Origin: Chiloscyllium plagiosum
Lineage: Eukaryota
Reading direction: 5' to 3'
NCBI RefSeq assembly: GCF_004010195.1
Contig: NC_057734.1
Location: forward strand, 31,600,466-31,664,465
Length of the DNA stretch: 64,000 bases
A model generated the notes under the pieces. It made no database searches and was not told the origin of the DNA. It was given only the letters and a program-made list of their open reading frames with translations. Position numbers and translations under genes: made by a program. This document shows, in pieces, positions 26,051-39,238 of this stretch (position 1 is the stretch's first letter; every line of letters begins with the position of its first letter).

Positions 26051-26491
26051 CCACCAATATAATGGGCTGATCTACAACCCCAGTTTGCGTTCACAGCAAT
26101 TTAAAAATTCAGCCCAGTAATTCAAAAGGAGACAATACTGAATCTTTCTACCATTTAATCATAGAAAATCTTAATTTTTTTTGTACAAAACAATCTGAAT
26201 AATAAATGAGTTTATCACTTTGATTGAAGATTGATATTTTTTGGTATTTCTTTTTAGTTGTTAACATTGCTCCCATTTTTAACTGGGAAGGTTTGTCTAC
26301 TTGCCCAGAAAATAACTATTCAAAACAAGGTCTTAACAAAAAGAATATTAAATGACAATATTAGAAGCAAAAACTGAGCATATTTGCTTCAAATTGAAGT
26401 AGATTTTCAAAACGTTGATATTTTATACATTAAAAAAGCAGAATCACTTATCTGAAAGTAATACATGCTGAGTCAAGAATTGGTTACTAAC

Positions 26492-26599
26492 CTTAGCAGC
26501 TGAAGTGGCCTCAAGATGACGATGAAATAGAATGGTTCCATATCAAAAGCTAAGACCACTATTCCAACAAATGCAAATACGGTGACCAAGAAATCAAAC
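26492..26599 (-). CDS. TPCN1: TPC1 exon 17 (IIS3-IIS4)
   Basis: [35 protein letters not shown](R). Confidence 0.96.
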
Positions 26600-28219
26600 C
26601 TAATGTAAAAAAAAAGGAAATTATATGTTTCTTTGCAGTATAAAAGATAGCAAAGACCACCCAGGCTATATTTTGTTTATCAAACATATAGACACATGTA
26701 CACACAAAAATTTATAATGCGATAAAGTTATAACAGCAAACTTGATCAAAACGCAAAATTAAAATTTTCCAACCTTTCTGATTTTAAACGTATTACCATT
26801 ATATACTCTAAATGATTAATGTTACTGACAATTTTGTATGTGAAGATTGTAGGATTTAAGATGTTTTGAAATACGTTTTTCTTCTAAACATTGCCTGTAT
26901 CCAATGGAAATGCGGGTTTTAGCTTGTTGGAATATGCCAAAAAAAAAGGAATCATGAAAAGTTAGATGATAGAAATTTGTGGCAATGTCATATGGATTAT
27001 TCAACAAGCACCTGCCTATTTTTGAACCAAAATGCATTGATGTATCAGACCAGAATAGCAGAGCAGAGTTCATTCCTGCACACAAGCTCATCACAGTTTA
27101 TCCTTACATTGTAACTCACAAACCTAAATATTTGACAAAAATTTACTTTTATGTCGTAACTTCACAGGAATGTTAGAGCACAAAATTACATGCTGAGCCA
27201 CATAAGGTGTCATTAGGACAAAGAAAAAATGAAAACCTAAGTCTGAAGGAGAATCTTAAAGGAAGAAAAAGAAAGTCAAACAGCTCACAGAATTATCATG
27301 GTGGCAAAATGATTGAGTTTGATTTTCAGGTTCAATCAATTTTTTTTTGCATTTCAGGAACTTGTACTTAAACAATTCCTTTTCCATAGAAAAACTTCTC
27401 GGGGCATTTCAAGGAATTGTATTTGGAAGTAACAATACCAAAGCAATGAAGGAAATATTACGAGTGACAACCAAAAGCTTAATCAAAGGAGGATTTTAAT
27501 GATGATCTGAAAGAACAAAAGAGATGCAGCTATGGAGAGGTTTAAGGAGGAGATTCCATAACATACAACATTCAGAGTTCAAGATAATTGTTAAGGTGTT
27601 TGTAAAATTTACAAAGTTATGATCTATAGAGACAAATGGCCAGATGAAAAGATTCATTCCAGGTAAAGGATATTTTTAAGTATGTGGAAGAGCCAAAGCT
27701 ATTAGAGTTGCAACTAAGTATTAAGCTGTTTTAACAGTCCAAGCAATCAGAGCTGGGCTATCTTTAGAATTCAGAAAGAAAAGTCAGTCAATTAATCTGT
27801 GTTTTGCAGGTCTCAGGAATGGACAAACAGCATGGCATCTGGTAAAAATAGAGGATGTCACCAAAATAAAATATTTAGCCATCATGACAGTTGAGCTAGA
27901 CACTTTACAGTGAAGATAGGTGTGAAATTTCAGTAGGCTTGAGCATTTGTAGAGGATATTGCTGTTTATGATAAGATCTTTCAAATTTGCGATATAATAT
28001 AGCTGTTTTATTTCATTTTTTGCGTTAATAATTTATGTTCTTTTGTTAAAGTACATTCACATATTTGTGTGAAAATGTCCAGTGACTGACCACCATGGTA
28101 ACCAAATTGCATGTACTATCTATCATGTCAGATTTCACTCTGAAATCTGACTTGCCCATTAATACAATCCAATGGGGAAAGGGAGGGCTTTGCACAGGAG
28201 TCTGGAGTTGCAAAAACCT

Positions 28220-31200
28220 AGGATGAATCTTACCATATTTTGACTAAGTGTTATTCTCATCAGATTTCATTACCTCCTTAATGCCTAGCAAACTCTCTTG
28301 GGCTTTCATCCCTAGCTTGTCCCATTAATTAACTCTCACAGCCTTATGGTTCCTCCAATGCTAGTCTGATTCTCCCACTCCCCATAGCTGGAGGTACTCA
28401 TCATTACCCGAATACTCTGGCATATACTGGCATGCTGGTGGCAATGAAGTATTGAAGAGGCTGTTGAACACTCAGTTAAGTGTTGGCAGTCTGGAGCTGC
28501 CCTGTACATTCCATACATGCACCCAGGGTACTGCAGTCTTCATGGTGCAGAGAAATGCCCAACAGTGCAGGAAGAAAGTGAATGACCTTCTTGCTTCCAC
28601 CAGCTTAAGTGCCACCGTTTTATCTTTCCTACTGCACCTCCCACCAAGGCTCATGCATTACCACTCACAATACTGAATGCAACACCTTCCCTCACTTATT
28701 CACATACCCCAACAACACCTCAACCTACTAATCTTGCAATCCATCTGCACTGCCTTCTCATTCACAAGACACCTTGCTATCTTTTCAGTAACTACACCAG
28801 CAGTAACAGCTATGTCAGCCCTTTTGGTCTCACTCGATCCTTCTTTCCTTCATTGAAGGAAATAGCCCAGAAGGTTGAAAGGGACAGGGTATCTAATATT
28901 TGGCTCCTTATGAGGAGAGGAACTTGGCACTGGCCAGTGGAAACCAGGATGCCTCCTGTGGGGATGTGTAAACCTCACATCCCAGTGACCAAGAAGGACA
29001 CATTGTCCATTGTTGTGCTCCTCTCCCATTACCTCCACTGTGTACTTCATGTTAACATGTCACAACTTCTACCTCTTTGTCGCAGGACTTTTTTTGCCTC
29101 CTGCAGGTATTAAAAGGATGCCCAGAGTGGGCAGTCAAAAGGGCTGCCTTGCAAGATAGCTCCCTCTGCCACCTCTGAGTACAGGTGCCTCAGAAGAAGC
29201 ACTGACAAGGCTACCTCCTGCACCTTCAGGTGAAGACCTCATATGGTCAGCAATTAACAACTTCGTAGACATGCCCAACCAGATACAGAAGTAGCAAGCA
29301 GGTTTGTCAGTGGCACTGGGCAACCTAACCCAATACTTCAAGACTGTATCAACTTGGTTGAGACCCTGCTACCTCAGGCGTGCAAGCATCTGATTGTCTC
29401 CATGAGGCTGGCAGTTGACATGGAGAGCAAGGTTCAGCAGTCTCAGGATCTGCAGGATATGTGTGGCCCTGAACTCCATTGCTTTAGCCATTGATGCTCA
29501 GCACCAATGGTAAAGCGATAGGAGGAAAAAGACTTCCATTTCTCCCCAGGTGCACTTGCCTCACAGAGAAGGATGCTGCTGCCTGTCGGCACATAGGTGG
29601 AGGAGGAAACACACCCAGGCTTCCTAGAACTGTCCTCTGAGGACACTCCAGAGGTAGCCAGGCCAACCTGCTCTCCACACTTAGCCTATGGAAGGTCAAG
29701 TTGAAGTACATTTACCTCTGGACATGGCACACTCAGCAGGTTTAGACCCTGTAAGCAATATTACTGGGGTCAGCTGATCACACCTCCAAGGACAATAGGT
29801 TCAGTGTAGTGCAAGCTCTTCCCCCCAGCTATGAACCCCAGAAATGTATTGAGAAAGAAGACTTTCTGAAGACACAGGTGACTTGTCACTGGAAATAGGC
29901 TCTAACATTTGTAAATATATGTTCTCTTTTCACCATCAACTGTATGCGGTAGACCCTGTCTAGCCACATTGCATCATGAAAAGTTCAGAATGCATTCATC
30001 GTTAGTGTTACACAACTCTCAATGATCTACGATGTGAAGTGAGCAGCTCCTGTGCCATGTGGAGGCGATGGATAAATGATAGCTGACTGCTCCTTTGGCA
30101 TCTAGGCTCCATCTCTCTAAATGGACAAAAATTACTACTGCATCACAGATATTAGTGGCATTTATTTGTTATCTTCCATGGTCTAATCAGGAGTGCTGAC
30201 ATAAAATAAATTGGATTGCACACAGTGGGCTCATGCCTAATGTTCACAAGAAACGTATAGCTTGCAGCGAGTTTCAGTTTTAGTGTACTGTCAGTTCTGC
30301 TATAACTCATCTTTCGTTAACGTGAAATGGCTGGAAAATGATTGGGTGAATAGGCAACACTGTTTCTAAAACACAAATTTTTAAAGTGTGTGTTGGCCAT
30401 TATGTGATTACATCACGTACACTAAGTGTACTTGTATTGTGCGATATTTGTATAGCATGGGGTCACACAGGAACACAATTATCGCACTCCGGAAGAAATG
30501 GTTGTATGTTATTTGTATAATACTGTTATACTGTTATCCTTTGAAATTCCTCGCAATTAAAACCTCCTCCCTCATACAATGAAGCACTTACCCCGCACAA
30601 TATGGGTGCAGTTACAGCTATTTTAATCTCTATTGTGCACATGTTATTTACAGGATGATGGAAAGACAAAAGCAGTCACTCATTGGACAGCAATTTCTCA
30701 CTTCACTTTGCCATTTCACAATGTAGGTGAATCCCCAAACATAAACTTCTCCTTTCTGCTATTCCTCCCATCAACCCCACAGACTTTCCCACCCACCTTA
30801 TCTAACTGAGTTTCATATCCCAGCTTTATACACCCCTCCACCCCATAACCCCTGACATATCAAGTCAGATGTTAGGTCTTCCAGATGCTCGGTAGAAGCC
30901 AGCATACTGCTTACTATCTATGACTTCCCCCAAGCTCTCACACGACTGCTATCACTTCCTCACTCCTTCACCTCCCCCATTTTACATACTGAATTGCCCA
31001 CTTTCAGTACTGTTATGCCCTCTGCATCCCAGGATTCTGCCTGAAATTCCCATGGTTAAGTTCTCCAGCCTCTCCACTTCACACCAGTGCCCCCCGATAA
31101 CCCTCTAGTGTTCTAGTATGACAACGCCCTTGACTGACTATAGCATCCCTTCATTTTGAGAGACTGAGCTGAAAAGCTCCAAAAAGATGAATTGCCACAC

Positions 31201-32190
31201 TCCTGACTGGTATCTATGCAGCTCCTTGATTTGTGGTCTTGCAACTCCCTGGACCAATTGCATTGAATCTACGGGGCTGACCGGAACCCAATCCATGGGC
31301 TGGAGAGCTACCAATCTCCTGGCCATGTCCAAGTTCCTGGATTGATATTGGAGGCTGTCCCTGCTTTATTGTGCCTCGAACACTTAATTCCAGTACATCA
31401 CTAAGGATTCCTCCCCTTATACTTGGAAAGATGGTCATTTGCTTACAGCATGTGCAATGTATTTACTACTGAAGCTGCTGGCATATGCTGCGGGTGTGAG
31501 ATTGGTGTCCCAAGTTGCCATTCAGGCAAATCTTTGACAGATGACTGCTGACCAGAATGACAAGCAGGGACTCTGTGAGCAGGTAGGCACTATAAGTGAG
31601 CACAAAGACAGAAGTGAACAGCCTGAAATTCAGCTTGGTCCAGTGTGTGAGCTGAATGCCTGTCCCTGCACACAAAGTCTCCTTGCAGCAGGATTGCAAT
31701 GAGAGGTGCTAGTGCACACCAAAGTGCAGCATTAAAATGCAGAAGCATGTTGTAAATGGACTGGCAATGTACAATGGCATTTGTCAAATGTATGTGTCTG
31801 TGGATGTGGGGTGCATGCAGTCACTATCCATGGTGCATTGGTGAGATGATAGTGCCAGATTTTCAAGATGGAGGTCCAGAGGACCAAGCAATAAGCTGGA
31901 GTCATCAAGTACCTGCTCTGATTTCCATCTTGGAAATTTTCGACATCTGACAGATGATAGAATGGGAGCCTGCATATTAACGGCTCAAGATTAGGTGATA
32001 CTGTATAATAATCCCTGTTAATACTGATCTTTCTGCTTACTGGCAAGAATCTCATCTCAATATCCAGAGCTGAGTTGGAAAATGTAGGTTGTTGATCCTG
32101 ATGTAGGTAAAGAATTGTTCAACCTCTCAAATGATTCTCCCAAACTTCATGCCAAAGCCCATGCCATTCAGGTCCTGAGAAGACTTCATA
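28220..32190. mobile_element. Degenerate PIF/Harbinger-type DNA transposon remnants
   Basis: Myb/SANT-like remnant QRNAQQCRKKVNDLL at about 28548-28592 inside a GC-richer block; boundaries are uncertain. Confidence 0.4.
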
Positions 32191-32722
32191 CTAGTGTTTC
32201 TGGATGATTGTAAGGCTGGAGTAATTACAGAAATAGAGCTGAGAAATATAGAAGATGAAAAATTTAAATCTGAGTCATAGGAGATCCATAAGCAAAAATA
32301 GGTTGCTAAGAACAGGCACGATGAAATGAATGGGATTTGGCATAGTACGATAAAGACAACAAAATTTTGTATGAATTGTAGGATAAAGTGTGAGATGTTT
32401 TCCAGGTCAGCTTTTGAAAATGGAGTCTGATGGACTTCCCATCAAATAGAAGGTAAGAGTTGTGGTAATAGCTTCATAGCTGGGACAGCCAAAAAAGGAT
32501 CCAAGTGAGGAATTATAGAGATTCAACCTCTAACTGCAATAATTCAAATTTCCTGTATTGCCTCAAGAGTAATAATAGCCTAATGATTCCAAGAGCAGTT
32601 CCACTGCATAAATGCAGCAAATTCATCAGTGCATTGGTTTGGATTATAATATGCACTTGCCACAAATCCAACATTATGAATTATTTATTCTGTCCACTAT
32701 TTTGAAGTTGTTCCATACTCAC

Positions 32723-32795
32723 AGATTCCAGCCAGATGTGAAGTATTCAGATGGTCCCAGCCCAGTGATTTTCAGTAACATTTCTACCCCGTAAA
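32723..32795 (-). CDS. TPCN1: TPC1 exon 16
   Basis: (I)YGVEMLLKITGLGPSEYFTSGWN(L). Confidence 0.96.
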
Positions 32796-34130
32796 CTACT
32801 CAAAACAGAAGTATCTTTGTCAATGGGTAAACATTCATCGAATACTTACAATACATGATTTGAAGTATAGGAAAGATAATTAAATCAAAAGTATGCTTTT
32901 TTCTCATTTTGGCACTAATCAAACAGTAAGTATGACAGTTTTAACATTACCTACACCTCTACTCAAAAACTAAATTACTTTACTGTTCCTAGTACTATCC
33001 TTTAACAAATTCAGATAAGCTTGTCAATTTTCAATTGTTTTAATAAAGAATAAAAAAATCCTTTTTACGGCTATGAAGTACATCTTGCTGCCTGTACCTC
33101 TGGAAGAAGACTGAAATCTCAATTTGTATTTATGCACTTCCACAGATGCAAGCATGGCATGTTTCCTAGATCATTACAAACACACAATGCCAATACTTAA
33201 ATCTGCTACAAAAACCTGAACATTCTAAGCATAAGATGTATTTAAAAGGAAGTCCTGATATAGCAATCCATATAATTCAGCAAAAATGTTTAGGCTCCAA
33301 TAATTTACATCACCTAGATGTAGAGCCATTTAGATCAATTCCAAAGACATATCAGATTCCTGAAGGAAATTATTTGTAGCCGAAATTTGGGACAAACTTC
33401 AAGAAATATTAACATTCCCGAGAATAAGGGATCTTTACAGTGAAATATCTTTCTCCCAAATTTCCAGAGACTAATTATGTGAATATTTGATATAAATTTT
33501 GCGTCGAAAGACTTGGCTGCACACGTAAATCACCTTCAACCCTTAAATCAATATCATGAGGGAATAAGTGGGAATAAATATCAAATAATAATGTCAGTGG
33601 CATCACAAAATGTAAAACAGATCTGAGGAGGTTGAAGTAAAACTTAGTTTCAAGTACAAAAAATAAGCACAAAGGGAGCATCGTTGTTACTAAACAACAT
33701 AAAATTCAGCCTCCATCTCTTAATCACAGTTAGGTTGCAATAGTACGATGAAGAAAACCACTCTCTAGAGATCCCCCATCCCACATTTGAAGAATGGTGT
33801 GATGGTAAAGCATTCAATTAAGAGTTTTAATGGAACAAAAAAACTTTACATTCAGTAATTTTTTTCCCTATTCTTCTCTTGTAAGAGAATGTTCCTACAC
33901 TCTATTCTTTCTCTGGATAGGTGAAGGGTCAACAACTTCCTTCTCTCCCCATACCCAGATTTCACAATCAGTCATCTCTCTTACAGGTTAAAAATTTTCA
34001 CCCTTTACAAACATCAGTCCTTTCTATTGAATAAACAATACCACAAAACTTTTCTTATTTAACCCAATTACATGGCCAGATACTATACAGAAATTAGAAG
34101 ATGAAGCAATAATAAAATACTAGCACTTAC

Positions 34131-34184
34131 TTGTGAGAAATACAATGTAACTCCAGGGCACAATCCGGAGGAAAAAGGCACCAT
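34131..34184 (-). CDS. TPCN1: TPC1 exon 15
   Basis: (D)GAFFLRIVPWSYIVFLT. Confidence 0.93.
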
Positions 34185-35035
34185 CTACAGAAGAGATAAT
34201 GAATCATCCCAAAAAAGAAATAAAATTTCAAATCCAGGGTCATATACAGAAGATGGTAGATGCACGTTTGTAACATGTTAAAAAAAAAGTGCAGTTCTAG
34301 AGAGAACTGTTGGGTTAGGTATTTACTTTACCTCCTGACTATAAAGGTGATGTAACCAATCTGCTGTCAGTCACAGGAATCACATAATTTCCATTTCCAT
34401 TCAAGTCTGTATGCAAGTTTTATGCAAGTTAAAAATCGTCCCCAATACCTTTGATAATAGAAGTTAGATGTACAACCTAATTTGTTTTTCCTATAGAAGA
34501 GTTGATCTAAAAATCCTGCAGGGTCAGAAAAATTCACGATTTGATTCCCCTAGCCAGTGAGCATCATTAAGTTCCTAGATAACTGGATTATAGAGCAGAA
34601 AGTCACTTGATGTTCTCAGTCCTAAACACTGCTCAATAAAACTTGCTGATATTACAGGGATATAGATTCTGTGATCCTTCTGCCATGCTACTTTGCCTTC
34701 AATCAACATGCAACAAAGCATGCACATAAAGAATAGCCACTCAAACAAGGTACAAATTGTCCCCAGTGAGTCCAGAATCTTGGAGGCAACAGCTTCAGAA
34801 AATGAGTGGTGAGAGGAAAGCTGGCAGAGGAATTGGACCCATAAACAATTTTCATGTCCAATTTATACAACGGTGTGTTGGGATATTTTGATCAATTTCA
34901 TGTTATTTCTCATTGACATTTGGGTCACATGTTTAAATATAATCTAATTATGTAAAGAACATCTACTAAATTCAACACTTTATCTAAAACAATTTAACTG
35001 ATTTACAAAAATGGATTTGTAGATTGTTTTGACAC

Positions 35036-35092
35036 CTTTGATCATGAGTGTGTCAGCCAGTATCCAAATTCCATTTACAGCAATAACAACAT
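35036..35092 (-). CDS. TPCN1: TPC1 exon 14 (IIS1)
   Basis: (Y)VVIAVNGIWILADTLMIK; weak GTGTCA donor. Confidence 0.92.
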
Positions 35093-36902
35093 CTGAAACA
35101 GAAAGATATATGTATATCAGATAATTGTTCAAGTCGACATTTTTTTTTCAGAAGTTACACATTGAATTGCAAGTTCACAACCAAATTCAGTGATTATCCA
35201 AAACTCACGATTCACTTATAGGTTGGTTTTATTTTGTCATTTGATGCATTGTTCATTTCCACCTTATCTTCCCTTTTTCCGTGTTTTAACAAACTTCATA
35301 GAAGTACAGAAAATGGGAGCAGGAATAGGCTGATCAACCCTTCATGGCTGATCATTCAACTCAGTATACTTTTCTCACTTTTTGTCCCCACATCCTTTAA
35401 TCTCTTTATGAAGTTAACTTATAGAAAAATGGCTAATCAAAATATTTTAACAGGTTTTACATCCCAAAGGAAAAGGACGGTTATGCTTACAGGGCAATAA
35501 CACATCACCTTCATAAAATGAAATGTTATGATTTACACTCCCCTCTTTATTCCTAACAATATTGTGGGTCTGTTCAAACTACCTCTGATTTCATTGGTTC
35601 AATGATGCATACTAATATAATGGTCAATAAAATGACACTCTTCCAAGAGAAGAAAGTTAATTGTGTAAAATGAAACAATAAATCAATACCTCAAATTTAT
35701 ATTTTCTAATCATGGCAAAAGTCCCATTTTAAATGTCATTTTAGCACTGAGACTGCAACCAATCTGCACACCCTGTAATGATTAGTCAATAACTTAAGCA
35801 ACATATGCAGAGTTCTTCTCAAATAATGCATATTGAGGAAGCAAATGTAACTTAATGCCATAAGACAAAATTACCATTACTTTGGAATCATTCTGTGTGA
35901 GTACTTGAAACCTGGGACTTAAAATGGAATCTAATTACAGCTGAAAAGATTAAAAAGTATCTGTTTCCTTTTGGTAGTCACTAATATGCAAACAGTGCAC
36001 TGGTGACAAGGCAATTTTATCAAATTTAGTCTACAAATAAATTTGGTATATATTAACTAAAATGAGACCATAGTCTTATGTAAAATTCAACAGGATAGCA
36101 GACATTATAGACAACCTTACTCCATCCTTACCATTCTCCAATATTTCAATTCCAAATAGGTGCAACACATTTTACTTCAACTCAGTTGTCTTAAATTTAC
36201 TTGTGCTTTTTTCAAAATTGGGATAACACAAAAAGGCAGATAAAGGTATTTAACTTTATGATTGCCAAGATTCTGATTAACGATTTAAGTTCATTGGTCT
36301 GAAATGTTAGGCATTATTCAAGCAGCTGACTAGGACAGAATCCACCAAGCGAGCAGTTGGTGAGAGTCTTGTCGTAGCTACTGTAATGAGATCAGCCAAG
36401 TCAAGACTTCAGAATATGAGTTCTCTAATGAGGGCTATTAGTCTGGTCCAATCAGAAAACCCTGGCTGACAAATAAGAACAGGAGTGTTCCTCTCCCTTG
36501 TAAAATTGCTGTCTCTTTTGTACAGCTGTAAATGTTTTTTGTAAACTGTTTTGTAATTTGTTTAATAAAAAAAAATAAACAGGAGATGGAGTCTCCTCAG
36601 TTTAAAAAAAAAGAACAGGAGTGTTACACTGCTTGTCACTGGCCACCCGGGTGTTTTCCTATCTTCCTGGTGGTGGAAATTGAATAAAGATTCGTGCACT
36701 TTGTGTCTTTCACTGTGTCTCACACCTGCACACACACACCATGGGCGCTGGGGAAAAAATAAGCACTACCGCACTTAGGTGGTAGTGTGGGGGTTAAAAA
36801 GAAACAAAAAAAAGGAAAAAAAAAAGAAAGGAGTGTAAGGGCAGTGCTTGTCACTGGCCACTTAAAAAAAGAAGAAAAAAAAGGAAAAAAATACTAAAAC
36901 GT

Positions 36903-37286
36903 TCGACTGCCTGCCCCTCTTCCGCGGTTACGTTGGGGCCCGGGTGTCTCTGGAGAAGGAGCACGCGGTGTCCACCAACACCCTGGAGTTGTTCAGGGGG
37001 AGGTGGGCGCCGCAGGGAGTGGAGTGCATTATTTCTCCCTCCAACTATATTTTGATTTAGTCCCTACCCTCCCCTCCACTGTTTTGATCACACAGCACTG
37101 CCCTTTGATGTGAAGGGCAGTGTTTGTCACTGGCCACCCGGGTGTTTTCCTATCTTCTTGGTGGTGGAAATTGAATAAAGATTCGTGCACTTTGTGTCTT
37201 TCACTGTGTCTCACACCTACACACACACACCATGGTTGCTGGGGAAAAAATAAGCACTACCGCACTTAGGTGGTAGTGTGGGGGTT
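36903..37286 (+). mobile_element. 5'-truncated Tx1-like LINE copy
   Basis: DCLPLFRGYVGARVSLEKEHAVSTNTLELFRGRWAPQGVECIISPSNYILI*, then 3' UTR, hairpin and A-tail. Confidence 0.75.
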
Positions 37287-38750
37287 AAATTATTTTAAAA
37301 AAAGAAAACAAAAAGAACAGGAGTGTTCCTCTCCCTTGAAAATTGCTGTCTCTTGTGTACAGTTGTAAATGTTTTTTGTAAACTGTTTTGTAATTTGTTT
37401 AATAAAAAAAATAAATAAACAGGAGATGGAGTCTCCTCAGTTTAAAAAAAAAGAACAGGAGTGTTCTTCCGGAAAACCCGGGTGTTTTCCTTTCTCCCGG
37501 GTGGTGGAAATTGAATAAAGATTCATGCACCTTGTGTCTCTCACTGTGTCTCACACCTGCACACACACAACATGGGTGCTGGGGAAAAGCTAACCACTAC
37601 CGCAGCTAGGCAGTAGTATGGGGGTAAAAAACGAAAAAAAAAGAAAAAGGAAGGAAAAAAAAGGATGGGAGTGTTAAAATATAAGCACTACCGCGGTTAG
37701 GCGGTAGTGTGGGGGAAAAAATTTTTTATAAAAGAACAGGAGTGTACCCTCCCCTTCACTGTTTGATCACAAAGCATTGCCCTTTGATGTCAAGGGCACT
37801 GCTTGTCACAGGCCACTCGGGTGTTTTCCTTTCTTCCTGGTGGTGGAAATTGAATAAAGATTCGTGCACCTTGTGTCTCTCACTGTGTCTCACACCTGTG
37901 CACACACACAACATGGGTGCTGGGGAAAAAATAAGCACTACCGCAGTTAGGCGGTTATGTGAGGGTTAAAAAAAAAAGGAACAGGAGTGTTAAAATATAA
38001 GCACTACCGCAGTTAGGCGGTAGTGTGGGGGTTTAAAGAAAAAAAAACAAATAAAAAAATACAGAGACAAAAAGAGAAAAAAAAGAACAGGAGTGTTCCC
38101 TCCCCTTTCACTGTTTGATCACACAGCATTGCCCTTTGATGTGAAGGGTGTTTCCTTTCTTCCTGGCGGTAGAAACTAAATAAAGGTTCGCACACCTTGT
38201 GTCTTTCACTGTGTCTCACACCTGCACACACACAATAAAAAAAACAGGTGTGTCAGAGGTTCTGTTCACTCTGAGAGCTGGCTCTGAGGAAGCTGGACCA
38301 GTGTCAAGGACTCTCCACGTGTAAATAATGGGTGACTTGGTGATGGGATACCTGCCTCTGTGGAATTATTTCAATAAAAAAAAAGAACAGGAGTGTTGGA
38401 GAAGGGGGGGACTGATTCTGGGACTGGCTAGCCCATAGCCAAAAGGGAAAAAAAGGAAAAAAAAGGAGTATTCTTTGTTGGTATTTCTCAATTATTATCC
38501 AATGTCAGTCACTCCGATTGTAATGAGGATGTTATGGGTGGGGCAAATTTTTTGTGTATGATCTTGTGTGGAATTTCACTGCACATTGCTTTCAGATAGG
38601 ATGGATGGGTTAAATCATAATCATTTGTACAAAACCTATTGGTGGAAATGGGTGTGGAATTCTTTAAGTCAACAACCACTGTTAACCCCTTCCTGTTCCT
38701 TTTCACATCAATTAAATGTTTGAAGTTTTGCCAAAGTAAAAAAAAAGTGT

Positions 38751-39169
38751 TGATCCAGGCAGTGGACCGTGGAGGGGGTCGTTAGAGACGACTGCCTGCC
38801 CCTCTTCCGCGGTTAAGTTAGAGCTCGGGTGTCTCTGGAGAAGGAGCACGTGGTCTCCACCAACATCCTGGAGTTGTTCAGGGTGAGATGGGCGCCGCAG
38901 GGAGTGGAGTGCATTATTTCCCTTTCCAACTCTATTTTGATTTAGTCCCTGCCCTCCCCTTCACTGTTTGATCACACAGCATTGCCCTTTGATGTGAAGG
39001 GCATCTCTTGTCACTTGCCATTCGGTTGTTTCCTTTCTTCCTGGTGGTGGAAACTGAATAAAGATTTGTGCACCTTGTGTCTTTCACTGTGTTTCACACC
39101 TGCACACACACAACATGGGTGCTGGGAAAAAAATAAGCACTACCGCAGTTAGGCAGTAGTGTGGGGGTT
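38751..39169 (+). mobile_element. 5'-truncated Tx1-like LINE copy
   Basis: Same ORF2 C-terminus (with stop codons), UTR and hairpin as 39239-39659. Confidence 0.75.
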
Positions 39170-39238
39170 AAAAAAAATAAACAGGAGTGTCAGAGGTTCG
39201 AAAAAAAAGAAAAAAACAAATAAATAAATAAAGAGTGT

